Part shown: positions 7,441 to 10,150 of the stretch, piece after piece | Numbering within the stretch: position 1 is the stretch's first letter | Layout of the letters: every line of letters begins with the position of its first letter | DNA from: Verrucomicrobiales bacterium | Lineage (GTDB): Bacteria; Verrucomicrobiota; Verrucomicrobiia; Verrucomicrobiales; V1-33 | Direction: 5' to 3' | NCBI GenBank assembly: GCA_031411295.1 | Contig: JANOAV010000004.1 | Location: 1-10,150, forward strand | Length of the DNA stretch: 10,150 nt | The notes under the pieces: model-generated | The model's input: only the letters and a program-made list of their open reading frames with translations | Databases searched by the model: none | Told to the model about the DNA's origin: nothing | Position numbers and translations under genes: made by a program

Positions 7441-7477
7441 ATTCAGTGATTCGTGCAATTTTGCGGAGTTCGTGGTC
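7441..7477. repeat. Orphan right arm of a CACGAAT-type element
   Basis: ATTCAGTG-ATTCGTGCA-ATTTTGCGGA-GTTCGTGGTC resembles 5541-5570 and is complementary to the arm at 5491-5519. Confidence 0.6.
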
Positions 7478-7508
7478 GACAGCTGGCTTCTCCAAAACTC
7501 AATACCCA

Positions 7509-7646
7509 AGACCACAGGCATCGGCCTTGGCATCTGTGGGCCTCCATGAATCTGCGGGAAAATTGGGCGTTTCCCACAGATTCAAAGCGACCACAGACCT
7601 TTATTGGTTGCCAATTTGGGACAGGAGAATGTGAGACAAGAGAATG
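7509..7646 (+). repeat. Composite direct repeat, copy 1
   Basis: 7509-7582 matches 9378-9451 at 67/74 with no gaps; 7608-7643 matches 9526-9562 at 32/37. Contains hairpin AATCTGCGGGAAA / TTTCCCACAGATT and a 15-nt periodic arm GACAGGAGAATGTGA-GACAAGAGAATG. Confidence 0.92.
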
Positions 7647-7653
7647 GGGCTGC

Positions 7654-9081
7654 CTACCTTCCGTTGAGCCCCTGTTGAATTTTCCTCCGGTCCTCCTCGG
7701 ACATTTCTTTCAAAACGTTGGCTGCAGCAATGGGATCCTTAATCTGGAGGGTTTGCAACGCCTGCGCCATGCTGCGGAAGCGGCTGGGTCCCTCAATGGT
7801 TGCCGCCCAGGTCAGGGCGCTTTCAGGATCGTCCGCGTGGATTTTGTTCACAAGTTGTCCCACCGCCTCGTCCTTGGGATTTCCCGACGGCCAGGTGGTC
7901 AGCCATTCGGAGGCAGCGATGGGATCCTGGCCGATCCAAATGGAAGCGATGCCATTTTGAGCGTTGGCTTGATTGGCACCGGACAGCCGGTTGCTCCATT
8001 CGACGGCCGCGGTGAGGTCCTGCTGGGCATAGTGGCTTCCCAGAGAGGCGGCAAGGAGCTCCTTGGCTCTGGAGTCGGGCCCAAGGGCTGCGAAATCCCG
8101 GCGTAGTTGATCGGCATGCACCGCAGCCACCTTTTTCTCCAGGGCGATGCGCAGTCCGGTGGGGTCCTTTGCCTTGAGCGCCCATGCGGCCAGTTTCTCC
8201 GGATCCTGATGCCCCCACTCCTCCAGGATGGAGTTGATGAGTTCCGGTCGCTGGGCCTCGTCGGTGGCGGTGGCGAGAGCGGCCTGAAGGCCTTTCTCCG
8301 GGGACTGACGGGCCACCGCCATGATCAGTTCCCGGGTTATCTGGCTGCGATGATTTGAATTTTCGTCCCCCCCGGTTTTCGGAAGCGCCAGGAATTCCTG
8401 AAGGGCAAGTTCCGGATTCTGTTTGCTGCGAACCAGCGTCCAGGCATCCTGTGCGGCCTGCTTGGATGCTTCATCAGGCATGCGATCGATTAACGACTGT
8501 GCCTGCTCGGGGTGGGTTTTGGCAATCGATGAGAAGATGATGTGGAGCATTTCCCGTTCAAGGCGGCCGCCCTTCGCTTTCATCTCAATCAGCTGGGAAA
8601 CGGCTTCGGAGGGATCGACGTCTCCGAGGCGTGCCAGGATCATCAGGGAAAACTCACCGGAATTAGAATTCCGACCATGATGCTTGGGATCCTCGTCCAT
8701 GGCCCGGATTTCCGCCAGCATGTCCTTTAGTGTGGGTGCGTCACAGCCGGACAAGGCCTGGAGAAAATTGAAGAAGTCCGGGGGTGGTCCGCCGCCATAA
8801 TCCCCCTCCTTGAGGATTTCACGCAGCAGAGTCATGGCGGTCTCGCGGGGGGATTGCGGTGTCGCTGGCGGTGCTGCCCCGGCGTTTTTAAGCGCGGATC
8901 TCTCGCCCTGTTTCCCTGCGGAGGGCCTCCCACTGGAATCGGTGGTTTCCGCGGATTCGGGAGCTGAGAGGGTCTTTTTGTGCCCCTGAGGAATCTCCCA
9001 TTGCGTGCGCAGGAACCAGCCCGCGCCCATCCCGACTGCCAGAATGACGATGCCAGCCATGAGGTTGGAGGTTGGTTTCAT
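7654..9081 (-). CDS. Exported or membrane-anchored alpha-helical repeat protein (DPxAAxxW-type repeats)
   Basis: N-terminal anchor MAGIVILAVGMGAGWFLR, S/P/A-rich linker, then repeats DPSEAVSQL, NPELALQEF, DPEKLAAWA, DLTAAVEWS, DPIAASEWL, DPESALTWA. Start placed at 9081 rather than 9144. Confidence 0.85.
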   Translation of the reverse strand: MKPTSNLMAGIVILAVGMGAGWFLRTQWEIPQGHKKTLSAPESAETTDSSGRPSAGKQGERSALKNAGAAPPATPQSPRETAMTLLREILKEGDYGGGPPPDFFNFLQALSGCDAPTLKDMLAEIRAMDEDPKHHGRNSNSGEFSLMILARLGDVDPSEAVSQLIEMKAKGGRLEREMLHIIFSSIAKTHPEQAQSLIDRMPDEASKQAAQDAWTLVRSKQNPELALQEFLALPKTGGDENSNHRSQITRELIMAVARQSPEKGLQAALATATDEAQRPELINSILEEWGHQDPEKLAAWALKAKDPTGLRIALEKKVAAVHADQLRRDFAALGPDSRAKELLAASLGSHYAQQDLTAAVEWSNRLSGANQANAQNGIASIWIGQDPIAASEWLTTWPSGNPKDEAVGQLVNKIHADDPESALTWAATIEGPSRFRSMAQALQTLQIKDPIAAANVLKEMSEEDRRKIQQGLNGR

Positions 9082-9377
9082 AAAGGTGAGGACGGAAGGA
9101 TGGAAGTCTAATCTGGTGGGAAATGGCCATTGTTCAATCGGCATGTTTCACCTGAACAGAGTTGCTCTCGCCCGGGAAATGGATGGGTATGATGCCATGC
9201 GGGAGTATCGAGCACTAGTTTATTATCGCAGTTTCTGATAGGAATTTGCTTTTGCCGGGGAACGTTGAACCGGAGCTCGGAATCGGGGAGTCAGGGGGGC
9301 TGATCCTATAATACTGACCGCATTCTTACGTCCCACGACACGTCGGCAATGAATTGCCGCTTGGAAAAGCGAATGCT

Positions 9378-9562
9378 AGACCACAGGCATCGGCCTTGCC
9401 ATCTGTGAGCCTCCCTGAACCTGCGGGAAATTTGGGCGCTACCCACAGATTGCAATTGGTAGTCCACATTCCGTCCTTACTGCTCATTTTCTATCTCACA
9501 TTCTCTTGTCCCACGCGTCAATTCATTGCCGGTTTGGGGACAGGAGAATGTCAGACAAAAGA
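9378..9562 (+). repeat. Composite direct repeat, copy 2, with an extra inverted arm
   Basis: Same two blocks as 7509-7646, plus CATTTTCTATCTCACATTCTCTTGTCCCA (9485-9513), whose reverse complement closely matches both 7617-7646 and 9535-9562. Confidence 0.92.
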
Positions 9563-9671
9563 CTCAGGGGCAGGGCGGGAATGGCGGCGGGGGCAGGACA
9601 TCGGTCATGGCTTTTGCGGCCACTGAAGATTGAGGTGGCTGACTTTGCGTGGCGTGTTGCGCTGTCATGGG

Positions 9672-9739
9672 CCGTCCGCAGCTGGGCTGCGAGACGGAAA
9701 GCGGCAGGAGCCTGCCGCAGTCCAAGGTGGCTACGCCAC
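9672..9739. repeat. REP-like triple hairpin
   Basis: CCGTCCGCAGC-TGG-GCTGCG(A)GACGG (9672-9697), GCGGCAGG-AG-CCTGCCGC (9701-9718) followed by AGTCC (GGAC foot on the minus strand), and GTGGC-TAC-GCCAC (9727-9739). Confidence 0.7.
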
Positions 9740-10057
9740 GACCGGTTTTATCGATTGCTGGCCACTGGAGTTTCCAAGCGATTTCCCTTTTTGTCTAAAA
9801 TGCCGGCTTTGATCATGTGTTGGTTTGCTTGGGGGGCAGTCCCAGCGGGACGGCACTAGTCGTGGTTGGGTGCGGAAGATACGGTCCCCTAGCAGCCTGT
9901 CGGACTTATCACTCAGAATATTGTGAAGGCGTGAAGGCCAGCAGGTCCTTCTTCGACGACAAAGCGTCCAGCCGCTTCTACCGCATGAGAGAGGTCGCGC
10001 TCTGATTCTAGGCAGTGTGCTTCGTGCGTTTCCTCGTTTCCTCATCTTAATCATCAC

Positions 10058-10071
10058 GGGGGGGGGGGGGG
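10058..10071 (+). repeat. G14 homopolymer
   Basis: Fourteen consecutive G, ending 16 nt upstream of TTGACA. Confidence 0.9.
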
Positions 10072-10087
10072 CCGCAGGGGCGAAATG

Positions 10088-10130
10088 TTGACACCCATGA
10101 AATAACCCCGTTAAGTTGTCCAATGGACAA
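10088..10130 (+). promoter_or_regulatory. Sigma70-like promoter with overlapping palindromic operator, for a gene beyond the window
   Basis: TTGACA (10088-10093), 18 nt, TAAGTT (10112-10117); perfect palindrome TTGTCCA-A-TGGACAA (10116-10130); AT-rich tail including TATAAT at 10136-10141. Confidence 0.6.
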
Positions 10131-10150
10131 ATTTTTATAATTTTTAAAAT

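Noticed and set aside
7453..8106. 217-aa plus-strand ORF
   Set aside because: Starts within repeat DNA and runs antisense to the helical-repeat gene.
9307..9312. TATAAT as a plus-strand promoter
   Set aside because: No -35 or extended -10 at a suitable distance and no credible gene downstream.
7509..9451. CRISPR array or DGR template/variable repeat pair
   Set aside because: Only two copies, 1869 bp apart and non-coding; the seven mismatches are not adenine-specific on either strand; no cas or reverse transcriptase gene in the window.
9354..10123. ORFs 9354-9626, 9506-9859, 9630-9812 and 9731-10123
   Set aside because: They run through repeats, hairpins and the G tract (translated as poly-Pro), with unprotein-like composition.
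5250..10150. Autonomous transposon, integron or prophage
   Set aside because: No transposase, integrase or phage gene is recognisable in any ORF of the window.

Overview
Bacterial, gene-dense left half and repeat-rich accessory right half; the protein types (DPxAAxxW-repeat protein, secreted sulfatase-HEAT protein, FGGGW esterase) suggest Verrucomicrobiota/PVC, which is an inference. Left half: the 3' end of a TauE/SafE (TSUP) transporter-like gene apparently joined to an unrelated high-GC fragment at the window start, a DUF4870 membrane protein, a minus-strand run of alpha/beta esterase, glyoxalase, atypical BrnT-like toxin, BrnA-like antitoxin and VanZ-like protein, and a divergent secreted sulfatase. 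Right half (5250-10150): a coupled pair (GYF_2 membrane protein plus hypothetical) and one helical-repeat exported protein, separated by clusters of non-coding palindromic elements whose arms are built from 8-15 nt tandem units with shared RAC(C/G) ends. The last gene lies between 74-bp direct repeats (67/74 identical) and also between about 30-bp inverted arms, like a cassette. The window ends with REP-like hairpins, a possible orphan IS end, a G14 tract and a sigma70-like promoter overlapped by a perfect 7-1-7 palindrome. No transposase, integrase, reverse transcriptase, cas gene, tRNA or rRNA is visible. All family assignments are from motif recognition by eye; no searches were run.
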